From NCBI GenBank assembly GCA_007116445.1, contig SKIM01000024.1, positions 1 to 39,199 on the forward strand: a stretch of 39,199 nucleotides of DNA, read 5' to 3'. Of this stretch, positions 1 to 8,259 are shown one piece after another; position 1 is the stretch's first letter, and each line of letters opens with the position of its first letter. A program made the position numbers and the translations under genes. The notes beneath the pieces are model-generated. The model was not told the origin of the DNA, searched no databases, and was given only the letters and a program-made list of their open reading frames with translations. The DNA comes from Natronohydrobacter sp. (GTDB lineage Bacteria > Pseudomonadota > Alphaproteobacteria > Rhodobacterales > Rhodobacteraceae).

Positions 1-700
1 CTTCCATCACGATGCGCCCGTTCTCCATGATGAAGCCGGTATGGGCGTAACGAAGTGCGACATTGGTATTCTGTTCGGCCAACAGAAAGGTCACGCCCTG
101 CTCGCGGTTCAGGCGCGCGACAATTTCGAAAATCTGCTCAACGAGTTGCGGCGCCAGACCCATCGAAGGCTCGTCGAGCAGGATCATCTTCGGGCGCGAC
201 ATCAGCGCCCGGCCAATTGCGGTCATCTGCTGCTCTCCGCCCGAGGTATAGCCCGCCTGGCTGCGGCGACGCTCCTTCAGGCGCGGGAAATATTCATAGA
301 CCAGCTCCAGCTCGGCCGCGACCGCCGCGCGCCCGTCAGTGCGAGTATAGGCACCGGTCAGCAGGTTCTCCTCAACGGTCAGATGTTCGAAACAGTGCCG
401 CCCTTCCATGACCTGCACGACACCCGCCTTGACCAGATCGGCAGGATCGAGCCCCACCACATTACGGCCTTCATAGAGGATCGTGCCCTTGGTAACTTCG
501 CCGCGCTCGGAATGGATCAGGTTCGAAATCGCCTTCAGCGTCGTCGATTTTCCGGCACCATTGCCCCCGAGAATGGCCGTGATGCCGCCTTTCGGCACGC
601 TCAGACTGACCCCTTTCAGTGCCAGAATGACGTGATTGTAGAGCACTTCGATATTGTTGACCTCAAGAAGCGTGGTCTCGGTCGGGCTGGTATCTAACAT
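1..700 (-). CDS. HAAT (LivF-like) ABC transporter ATP-binding protein, 3' end runs off the window
   Basis: Absent from the ORF track because it has no stop in the window. Manual translation from the ATG at 700 gives MLDTSPTETTLLEVNNIEVLYNHVILALKGVSLSVPKGGITAILGGNGAGKST (Walker A), and LLAEQNTNVALRYAHTGFIMENGRIVME near base 1. Confidence 0.92.
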   Translation of the reverse strand, partial: MLDTSPTETTLLEVNNIEVLYNHVILALKGVSLSVPKGGITAILGGNGAGKSTTLKAISNLIHSERGEVTKGTILYEGRNVVGLDPADLVKAGVVQVMEGRHCFEHLTVEENLLTGAYTRTDGRAAVAAELELVYEYFPRLKERRRSQAGYTSGGEQQMTAIGRALMSRPKMILLDEPSMGLAPQLVEQIFEIVARLNREQGVTFLLAEQNTNVALRYAHTGFIMENGRIVME

Positions 701-725
701 CGGATCAGACTTTCGCTGTCAGGCC

Positions 726-762
726 AAAAAGGTGACGGCCCCGGACGCGTTCCGGGACCGCC
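726..762 (-). terminator. Intra-operon stem-loop with U-tract, downstream of the substrate-binding gene
   Basis: Minus strand reads GGCGGTCCCGGA-ACGCG-TCCGGGGCCGTC (12 bp stem, 2 G-U pairs) followed by ACCTTTTT. Confidence 0.6.
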
Positions 763-768
763 GGGATA

Positions 769-2061
769 TCAGTTCATGCAGGCAGGGGTCATGTTGTTCT
801 CTGCCGCGAAGGCCAGACTGTCCTCCAACGCCATTTGCATGATCAATTCGCGATCGGGATAGATCCAGTCGGTGATCAGATTCCATTCCCCTGCATTCGC
901 GTCCCATTGCTGGATCATTGCCGCACCCGATCCCCCGTGGTTCTGGCAGGACACCGAGAAGGCCGGACCGAAATTCGGCAGGCCGAGCTCTGTCATAAGC
1001 TCTTCGGTGATCTCCAGATTGGCCATGCCATCACGCATCATCGCAGGTGTGATCACCGCGACACCGTGGATTTCCTGCGCCTTCTTGGCAGCTTCCACCG
1101 CCAGCATGGCCGCGTAAAGCCCGCGTGAATAAAGCACTGAACCGACCTCATCGCCAGTCCCGGCAAACTTGCCCGGCTCGATCACATAGCGGCGCAAGTC
1201 GTCATAGATTGGGTAATCCGTGCCGGTCCCATGCATCGCGAGTGCCTTGTAACCATGTGCGGCAGCGCCGACCGGAACGACATCCTGCTGTGATCCCGAC
1301 CACCAGACACCGATGAAATTTTCCATTGGGAAGCGGATATTCGCGGCTTCACGGATCGCTGTCGGATTCATGACACCCCAGCCCCACATGACAACATAAT
1401 CCGGTCGCTCACGACGGATCTGAAGCCATTGGCTGCCCTGTTCCTGCCCGGGGCTGTCCACACCAATGGTCACGAGCTGAAAGCCATAGCGCTCCGAGAG
1501 CGTGTTCAGTGTCGCGATCGGTTCACGACCATAGGCTGAGTTGTGATAGAGCAAGACGATCTTCTTGCCCTCCAGCGAATTGTCATTCTCGCTGAGCAGA
1601 TAGTTGACGATCACGCTCGCCCCGTCCCAGTAATTGGCCGGATAGTTGAAGGTCCAGTTGAACACTTCGCCATTTACCGCAGACGTGCGCCCGTAACCCA
1701 TCGTATGCATCGGGATCCCGTCTTCCATCGTCCGCGGGATCAGCTGATAGGTGATTCCGGTCGAGAGCGGTTGCAGCACCAGTGGGCTGTCATTGCGGAT
1801 CGACTGGTAACATTCGACCCCGCGCTCCGTGTTATAGGCCGTCTCGCATTCGCTGTAGCGGATCGGCACGCCCCCGATACCGCCATCACGCTCGTTGATC
1901 AGTGTGAAGTAATCGGCATAGCCATCGGCAAAGGCAATCCCTCCGGCGGCGAAAGGACCGGTGCGGTAGCTGAGGTTCGGGAAGTGCAGCGTATCGGCCA
2001 GCATCGGGGCCGCTGCGAGCATGGTTGCCGCAAGTGTCGCGGCCAGTCGGGTCATCTTCAT
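769..2061 (-). CDS. ABC transporter substrate-binding protein (periplasmic binding protein type 1, HAAT-like)
   Basis: Signal peptide MKMTRLAATLAATMLAAAPMLA, motifs SYRTGPFA and PLSTGITYQL. RBS GGGAGGAG before the ATG at 2061, so the start is trimmed from the ORF-track 2157. Confidence 0.9.
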   Translation of the reverse strand: MKMTRLAATLAATMLAAAPMLADTLHFPNLSYRTGPFAAGGIAFADGYADYFTLINERDGGIGGVPIRYSECETAYNTERGVECYQSIRNDSPLVLQPLSTGITYQLIPRTMEDGIPMHTMGYGRTSAVNGEVFNWTFNYPANYWDGASVIVNYLLSENDNSLEGKKIVLLYHNSAYGREPIATLNTLSERYGFQLVTIGVDSPGQEQGSQWLQIRRERPDYVVMWGWGVMNPTAIREAANIRFPMENFIGVWWSGSQQDVVPVGAAAHGYKALAMHGTGTDYPIYDDLRRYVIEPGKFAGTGDEVGSVLYSRGLYAAMLAVEAAKKAQEIHGVAVITPAMMRDGMANLEITEELMTELGLPNFGPAFSVSCQNHGGSGAAMIQQWDANAGEWNLITDWIYPDRELIMQMALEDSLAFAAENNMTPACMN

Positions 2062-2108
2062 CTTGGTTCTCCTCCCATATGGATGACAGTTCTCGAGGCA
2101 CCTGCCCC

Positions 2109-3185
2109 TTAGTAGGGGAAGGGCCAAAGTCGCAGTTTTTCCTTGATCGTGCGCCACAGCGCGGCGATGCCATGCGGCTCAAGGATCAGGAAGACAAGGA
2201 TCAGCGCGCCGATGATCATGATCTCCAGATGTGCCGCCAGATCGGTGGGCCAGCCCAAACCATTGACCAGCAAGAGCTTCAGCAGCACCGGCCCTACAAT
2301 CAGGAAAAATGCGCCCGCGAAAGCCCCGAAGATCGACCCAAGACCACCGATGATGACCATGAAAAGAACAAGGAAGGACTTGTCGATGCCGAAGGCCTCG
2401 CCCGCTTCAGCAGCGCCGAGATAGACCGCGAACAGCAATGCACCCGCGATGCCGATGAAGAAGCTCGAGACAGCGAAGGCCGTGAGCTTGGCCATCAGCG
2501 GGTTCACTCCGATGATCTCGGCGGCGATATCCATATCGCGGATCGCCATCCATTGCCGCCCCAAGGAACCGCGCGTCAGGTTGCGCGCAAGCCAGGCGCA
2601 AACAACCAGAAAGCAGAGACAGATCATATACATCGAAACGGCCGATGCGCGCGGACCGGTAACGGGAAAGCCGAAGACTTCGCGCGTGGGCGCCGAGATC
2701 ATGCCCGTGGGCGAATAGTTGTAGAACCAGGCTGTCCGGGTGAACAGCCAGATCAGAAAGAACTGCGCGGCCAAGGTTGCAACAGCCAGATAGAAGCCTT
2801 TGATGCGCAAACTTGGCAGGCCGAACAGAACCCCTACCGACGCCGTAATGAAGCCGGCGAACACGATCACGATGATGATGTTCAACTCGGGGAAAGCCGT
2901 CATCAATTTGTAGCAGCCGTAAGCCCCCACGGCCATGAAGGCCCCTGTTCCCAGAGACAGCTGCCCACAATAGCCAATCAGGATATTCAACCCCAGCGCG
3001 GCTATCGTGTAGATCAGAAACGGCACCACAATCGCATTGGCCCAGTAATCATTGATCACCAACGGCATCACCAGAAAGGCAAAGCCTAGCAGAAAATAGT
3101 AGCCATACCGGTCGAATCTGATCGGAAAGGTCTGGCTGTCGGCGACATAGCTTGTCTTGAAATCGCCTGCTTCACGATACAGCAT
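2109..3185 (-). CDS. HAAT ABC transporter permease (LivM-like)
   Basis: GLNILIGYCGQLSLGTGAFMAVGAY, LRIKGFYLAVATLA and IIGGLGSIFG motifs, multiple hydrophobic helices. Confidence 0.93.
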   Translation of the reverse strand: MLYREAGDFKTSYVADSQTFPIRFDRYGYYFLLGFAFLVMPLVINDYWANAIVVPFLIYTIAALGLNILIGYCGQLSLGTGAFMAVGAYGCYKLMTAFPELNIIIVIVFAGFITASVGVLFGLPSLRIKGFYLAVATLAAQFFLIWLFTRTAWFYNYSPTGMISAPTREVFGFPVTGPRASAVSMYMICLCFLVVCAWLARNLTRGSLGRQWMAIRDMDIAAEIIGVNPLMAKLTAFAVSSFFIGIAGALLFAVYLGAAEAGEAFGIDKSFLVLFMVIIGGLGSIFGAFAGAFFLIVGPVLLKLLLVNGLGWPTDLAAHLEIMIIGALILVFLILEPHGIAALWRTIKEKLRLWPFPY

Positions 3186-3190
3186 CGTCT

Positions 3191-4177
3191 CTATACCCTC
3201 TCGATGATACGTTCGCCGAACAACCCTTGCGGTCGGAACAGCAGGAAGACGAGCGCCAGCATGTAGGCAAACCAGTTCTCAGTGGCGCCCCCAATGATCG
3301 GGCTCATGAAGAAGTCGAAGAGTTTCTCGCCCACACCGATGATCAGCCCCCCGACGATCGCGCCCGGAATCGAGGTGAAGCCCCCCAGGATCAGCACCGG
3401 CAGCGCTTTCAGCGCAATCAGTGAGAGCGAGAATTGCACGCCCGACTTGGACCCCCACATGATGCCCGCGACCAGCGCCACGATGCCTGCGATGGACCAG
3501 GTCAGCACCCAGATGAAGCGCAGCGAGATGCCCACAGAGAGCGCTGCCTGATGGTCATCGGCAACTGCGCGCAAAGCCCGGCCCTGCTTCGTGTATTGCG
3601 AGAAGATCGTCAGCGAAGCCACGAGAATTGCAGCGATTCCTGCCGCCCAGAGTTCCAACCGGTCGATATAGAACCCATAGCCGAACCAGTTATAGGTCAG
3701 CGTATCCACGGTGTCGGACATGCCTTTGGGAAGACCGACATCCAGCGCCTTGACTTCAGCGCCCCACATGATGTCGCCAACCCCTTCGAGGAAATAGGCC
3801 AGACCAATGGTCGCCATGAACAGGATGATGGGTTCCTGATTGACCAGATGCTTGAGGATGAACCGCTCGACCAGAACCGCAAGCCCGATCATCACCAGCA
3901 CGGTCGCCGGAATCGCCAGAAAAGTCGGCATGTTCCAGCCGAAATGGTGGACGCGCGTGCCGAAAATGGCATTGATCAGATGCGCGAAGGGGATCTGGCC
4001 CGATTGCAGCCCCACCAGCGTCAGCGCGGCAAACAGCGCCATGACCCCTTGGGCGAAGTTGAAGATGCCGCTGGCCTTGAAGATCAGCACGAAACCGAGC
4101 GCCACCAGCGCATACATCACGCCCGCCGTCAGGCCATTCAGCGTGGCCTCCATCGCAAAAAGCAGCGTATCAGGCAT
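3191..4177 (-). CDS. HAAT ABC transporter permease (LivH-like)
   Basis: YALVALGFVLIFKASGIFNFAQG, GRALRAVADD and C-terminal FRPQGLFG motifs. Confidence 0.93.
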   Translation of the reverse strand: MPDTLLFAMEATLNGLTAGVMYALVALGFVLIFKASGIFNFAQGVMALFAALTLVGLQSGQIPFAHLINAIFGTRVHHFGWNMPTFLAIPATVLVMIGLAVLVERFILKHLVNQEPIILFMATIGLAYFLEGVGDIMWGAEVKALDVGLPKGMSDTVDTLTYNWFGYGFYIDRLELWAAGIAAILVASLTIFSQYTKQGRALRAVADDHQAALSVGISLRFIWVLTWSIAGIVALVAGIMWGSKSGVQFSLSLIALKALPVLILGGFTSIPGAIVGGLIIGVGEKLFDFFMSPIIGGATENWFAYMLALVFLLFRPQGLFGERIIERV

Positions 4178-4203
4178 GCCGCACCCCCTGTCTGTCGATC
4201 ACA

Positions 4204-5037
4204 TCACTCATGGGCCACCCCCAGATAGGCCTTGATGACCTCTTCATCGTTGCGAACTTCATCGGGCGTGCCGTCGCCAATCTTCTTGCCGTAATCCATC
4301 ACCACCACACGGTCCGACAGATCCATGACCACGCCCATATCGTGCTCGATCAGCACAGTGGTGGTGCCGAATTCATCATTCACATCAAGGATGAAGCGGC
4401 ACATGTCCTCTTTCTCCTCGACATTCATGCCCGCCATCGGCTCGTCGAGCAGCAGGATCGACGGCTCAGCCGCCAGCGCGCGGGCAAGTTCCACGCGCTT
4501 CTTGAGCCCGTAGGGCAGACGCGCCACCGGCGTCTTGCGGATATGCTGGATCTCCAGAAAGTCGATGATCTTTTCGACTTGCGCGCGATTCTCGTCTTCT
4601 TCGCGGCTCGCCTTGCCCCACCACAGCGCCTGCTGAAACAGATTGGCCTGCATGTGGTGCAGCCGGCCGGTCATGATATTGTCGAGCACCGACATGCCTT
4701 CAAACAGCGCGATATTCTGAAAGGTCCGGGCGATCCCCATCCGCGCAACCTGATAGGGGCGCATCTTCGGGCGACGGTATCCCTTGTAGATGACCTCGCC
4801 TTCCTGCGGGTGATAAAACCCGGAAATCACATTGAGCATCGAGGACTTGCCTGCCCCGTTCGGTCCGATGATCGCGCGGATCTCACCCCAGCGGATGTCG
4901 AAGCTGATATCCTTGATCGCCACCACACCACCAAAGCGCAGGGTGATGTTGCGCATCTCCATCGCCACCCCGCCGATCTTTCGACCGTCCGGCGTGATAT
5001 ATCCATCCTGTCCGGATGCAGCCTGTGTGTCGAGCAT
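4204..5037 (-). CDS. HAAT ABC transporter ATP-binding protein (LivG-like)
   Basis: Walker A GPNGAGKS, signature-like LPYGLKKRVELARA, Walker B LLLDEP, IEHD. Start MLDTQ at 5037 follows RBS GGGAGGAG. Confidence 0.93.
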   Translation of the reverse strand: MLDTQAASGQDGYITPDGRKIGGVAMEMRNITLRFGGVVAIKDISFDIRWGEIRAIIGPNGAGKSSMLNVISGFYHPQEGEVIYKGYRRPKMRPYQVARMGIARTFQNIALFEGMSVLDNIMTGRLHHMQANLFQQALWWGKASREEDENRAQVEKIIDFLEIQHIRKTPVARLPYGLKKRVELARALAAEPSILLLDEPMAGMNVEEKEDMCRFILDVNDEFGTTTVLIEHDMGVVMDLSDRVVVMDYGKKIGDGTPDEVRNDEEVIKAYLGVAHE

Positions 5038-5041
5038 CGCG

Positions 5042-6088
5042 TCATTCTCCTCCCTGAAGGGGCACGGCAGTGGCAGGGCCAGGTTTGTCGGCAATCCAGG
5101 CGATGGCCCCCGCGATAGTGGCGACGGGATGATAAAGATCATCCCAGCGCGGCCAGCGGCGCGCGCGCAGCAGATGTTGGGCCACTTTCGGCGCGAGATA
5201 GGCCCCATAGGCCAGCCAGCTCAGCGCGCGCAATGCGCGTGTCGCCTTGTTGCCCATCTCCATGATTGCGCGGAACCCCGACCAGCGTATCTCCGGCCAG
5301 ATGAGACGCGGCGAAAATCCTGCAAGCCGCAGCATCCGATCAATTCCGGCCGGTGTCATATGGATCTGGCTGGCATCATGCCACGGCTCCAGAAACGACA
5401 TGGACCCCAGCATCACGCCACCCGGTTTCAGCACGCGCAGCGCTTCCTGTGTTGCAAGTGCCGGCACGGCCAGATGTTCCCAGACCGCGGCGGCATAGAC
5501 CGCATCGAATTGGGCGTCTGCGAAGGGCAGCGCGTGGGCATCGGCATAGACGTCAGGCCCGCCATGTTCGCGCAGCCAGTCATGCACGCGGTCACTGGCC
5601 ACATCGACCCCGATATATTCCAGCCCTTGCGACTGTGCCCAGGCACGCATCTGTCCACCGCCACAGCCGACTTCCAGAATCCGGCTGCCCTTGGGCAAGG
5701 CCATCAGAATCTCGGCATGGGCCAGATCGAGGTGATAGACATCGCTGCGTTGTTGGCCGGAGCGCGCCGGAAAGCGCATCACATCCTCAGACGGCAGGAT
5801 CGGGTCTGCCGGGCGATAGGTGAGCGTCACATCACGCGGACGCTGCGCCATGAGTTTGCGGATTGTCCCGTGCAGCGGGAACTCCAGACCGCAAGCTGCG
5901 CAGCGCTCCGGGCTGTCGAGCGACATGTGGCAATCGGGGCAAATCAGATCGGAAGTGCGGGCGTGTTCCATCGGGCATCCTGTGCTTGCGTCAACGCTGC
6001 CCAGATCAGGCAGTGACGCGAAGAATGGCTGCGCCTCAGGGGTTTCGCAACCCGCTCCCGCCAAGTCGCTGCCCCGCCAATGTTTCAT
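5042..6088 (-). CDS. Class I SAM-dependent methyltransferase with N-terminal CxxC...CxxC zinc-ribbon-like segment
   Basis: Motif I ILEVGCGGG, motif II GVDVA, DAHALPFADAQFDAVY and RVLKPGG. CPDC...CAAC near the N-terminus. Start is uncertain: 6088 (ATGA overlap with the upstream stop) or 5971. Confidence 0.85.
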   Translation of the reverse strand: MKHWRGSDLAGAGCETPEAQPFFASLPDLGSVDASTGCPMEHARTSDLICPDCHMSLDSPERCAACGLEFPLHGTIRKLMAQRPRDVTLTYRPADPILPSEDVMRFPARSGQQRSDVYHLDLAHAEILMALPKGSRILEVGCGGGQMRAWAQSQGLEYIGVDVASDRVHDWLREHGGPDVYADAHALPFADAQFDAVYAAAVWEHLAVPALATQEALRVLKPGGVMLGSMSFLEPWHDASQIHMTPAGIDRMLRLAGFSPRLIWPEIRWSGFRAIMEMGNKATRALRALSWLAYGAYLAPKVAQHLLRARRWPRWDDLYHPVATIAGAIAWIADKPGPATAVPLQGGE

Positions 6089-8064
6089 TGCGCGGCCATC
6101 ATGGTCTGCGCGCCGAAGACACGCGCATCGCGGATTTCAAGCGTGGCCTTCAACTTGCCCTTGCGCCCGTCCTCATAGGTCACTTCGGTCTCGGTATAGA
6201 TCTGATCCTTGCCGCCATAGAGCGCGTCGATCAGATCGGCATATTTCTCCTCGACGATACGGCGCCGGACTTTGCGAGTGCGGGTCATCTCGCCATCATC
6301 AGCGTCCAATTCCTTGTGCAGCACCAGAAAACGGTGAATCTGACAGCCCGACAACATCGTATCCTGCGCGACACTCTCATTGACCTGTTCGACATGAGAC
6401 TGGATCGTGTCGAGCACCGGCTTCAGGCCCGCCAACTCCTGATAGCTGGAATAGGCGATATTGTTACGCTCGGCCCAGGAGCCGACGGCACCAAGGTCGA
6501 TATTGATGAAGGCCACGCAGCGTTCGCGATTGTTGCCAAAGACCACCGCTTCCAGGATATTGGGAAAGAATTTCAGCTTGTTTTCGACATATTTGGGCGC
6601 GAACATGCAACCATCGGCCATTTTGCCGACATCCTTGGCGCGGTCGATGATGCGCAGATGGCCGGTCGCTTCCTCGAAGAAGCCTGCATCGCCCGTGGCC
6701 ACCCAGCCTTCGGCATCCTTGGTTGAGGCGGTGCTCTCAGCATTCTTGTAATATTCAACAAATGTGCCGGGCGAACGGTAGAACACTTCTCCGCTCTCGG
6801 CGATCCGCACTTCAACCCCCGGCGAGGGCACGCCGACCGTATCCGAGCGCACTTCGCCATCGGGTTGCTGCGTGATGAACACACCTGCTTCTGTCTGGCC
6901 ATAGAGCTGCTTGAGGTTGATCCCGAGCGAGCGGTAAAAATCAAAGATCTCCGGCCCGATCGCCTCGCCCGCCGTATAGGCGACTCGGATCCGGCGCAGC
7001 CCGAGCGTGTCTTTCAACGGGCCGTAAACCAGCAGATTGCCTAGGCCGTATTTTAGCCGCGCACCCACGCTCACAGGCTTGCCGTCCAGAAGCTTCGGCC
7101 CCACGTCGCGCGCGAAGCCCATGAAATGATGGAACAACTTGCGCTTGAGCGGCGAGGCATCCTCCATTCGGATCATGACCGTGGTCAACATTGTCTCGAA
7201 GATCCGGGGCGGCGCGAAGTAATAGGTCGGCCCGATTTCGCGCAGATCCGTCAGCATGGTCTGGGCCGATTCCGGGCAATTCACACAAAACCCCGTCCAA
7301 TAGGCCTGCCCGATGGCGAAGATGAAGTCCCCGACCCAGGCCATTGGCAGATATGCCAGAATTTCATCACCAGGTCGCAGATTGTCGAATTCGGAGGAAT
7401 TCTTCGAGGTCACGATGATGTTGCGATTGCTCAGCACCACCCCCTTGGGTTTACCGGTCGTGCCCGAGGTGTAGAGCATGACACAGGTATGATCGAGCGT
7501 GAGCCGCGCCATGCGCTGGTCCAGCTCCGCGCCCAGTCGCGTTTCCGCCGCACGCCCTTCGCGCATGACGTCCTCAAGCCAGTTCATATGGCTGTGGTCG
7601 TATTTGCGCATGCCGCGCTTGTCGAGATAGGCGATCTCCTCGATACAGGTCACGGTTTCCTGCACTTCGAGCACCTTGTCGACCTGTTCCTGATCACCGC
7701 AGACGACAAAACGCGCGCCGCAATGCTCGAGCACATAGGCCATCTCTTCGGCCACTGCGTCCTGGTAGAGCGGCACAGGGATCGCGCCCACCGATTGCGC
7801 CGCAACCATCGCCCAGTAGAGCGCCGGTCGATTGCGACCGATGATGGCAACAAAATCGCCTTCGCGCATACCAAGGACCAGAAACCCCAGCGCCATGGCG
7901 CGAACCTCGGCCTGCGTCTCGGCCCAGGTCCAGCTTTGCCAGATACCGAATTCCTTTTCGCGATAAGCCGTCTGCATTCCAAAGCGCTTGGCGTTACGCG
8001 CCAGCAGCGCAGGAACGGAACGCAACTCTGCCAATGCGGCGTCGGCATCAACCGTGGCTGTCAC
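6085..8064 (-). CDS. Long-chain acyl-CoA synthetase (AMP-binding family)
   Basis: AMP-binding signature YTSGTTGKPKG, YGQTE, TGDAG, IIDRAKD. GTG start after RBS GAGGGAGGAG. Confidence 0.93.
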   Translation of the reverse strand: MTATVDADAALAELRSVPALLARNAKRFGMQTAYREKEFGIWQSWTWAETQAEVRAMALGFLVLGMREGDFVAIIGRNRPALYWAMVAAQSVGAIPVPLYQDAVAEEMAYVLEHCGARFVVCGDQEQVDKVLEVQETVTCIEEIAYLDKRGMRKYDHSHMNWLEDVMREGRAAETRLGAELDQRMARLTLDHTCVMLYTSGTTGKPKGVVLSNRNIIVTSKNSSEFDNLRPGDEILAYLPMAWVGDFIFAIGQAYWTGFCVNCPESAQTMLTDLREIGPTYYFAPPRIFETMLTTVMIRMEDASPLKRKLFHHFMGFARDVGPKLLDGKPVSVGARLKYGLGNLLVYGPLKDTLGLRRIRVAYTAGEAIGPEIFDFYRSLGINLKQLYGQTEAGVFITQQPDGEVRSDTVGVPSPGVEVRIAESGEVFYRSPGTFVEYYKNAESTASTKDAEGWVATGDAGFFEEATGHLRIIDRAKDVGKMADGCMFAPKYVENKLKFFPNILEAVVFGNNRERCVAFINIDLGAVGSWAERNNIAYSSYQELAGLKPVLDTIQSHVEQVNESVAQDTMLSGCQIHRFLVLHKELDADDGEMTRTRKVRRRIVEEKYADLIDALYGGKDQIYTETEVTYEDGRKGKLKATLEIRDARVFGAQTMMAAQ

Positions 8065-8148
8065 GGGGCTCCTCCCTCATGTTCTGATGATTGGCGGCGC
8101 ACCTCCCCGCGCGCAGCCAGACCTCCCTTTCGCGCAGTAGGCAGCGCG

Positions 8149-8179
8149 ATTCTTGCGTCAAGTTTACGCAATTCTTGCG
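8149..8179. promoter_or_regulatory. Candidate operator in the divergent promoter: 11-bp-phased direct repeats plus a palindrome
   Basis: TTGCG (8153), TTACG (8164), TTGCG (8175). ATTCTTGCG repeated at 8149 and 8171. Palindrome TTGCGT-N7-ACGCAA at 8153-8171. Overlaps a minus-strand TTGACG -35-like hexamer. Confidence 0.55.
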
Positions 8180-8259
8180 AATTGTAACCGGGGATTTTCC
8201 GCTCTTCCCGCACGGCGCACATCCCGCTAGCATCGTGATCAATCTTACAGGAGCGCGCG

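Noticed and set aside
41-697. 218-aa plus-strand ORF at the window start
   Set aside because: Shadow of the real minus-strand ATPase (<1..700), which the ORF track missed because it runs off the edge.
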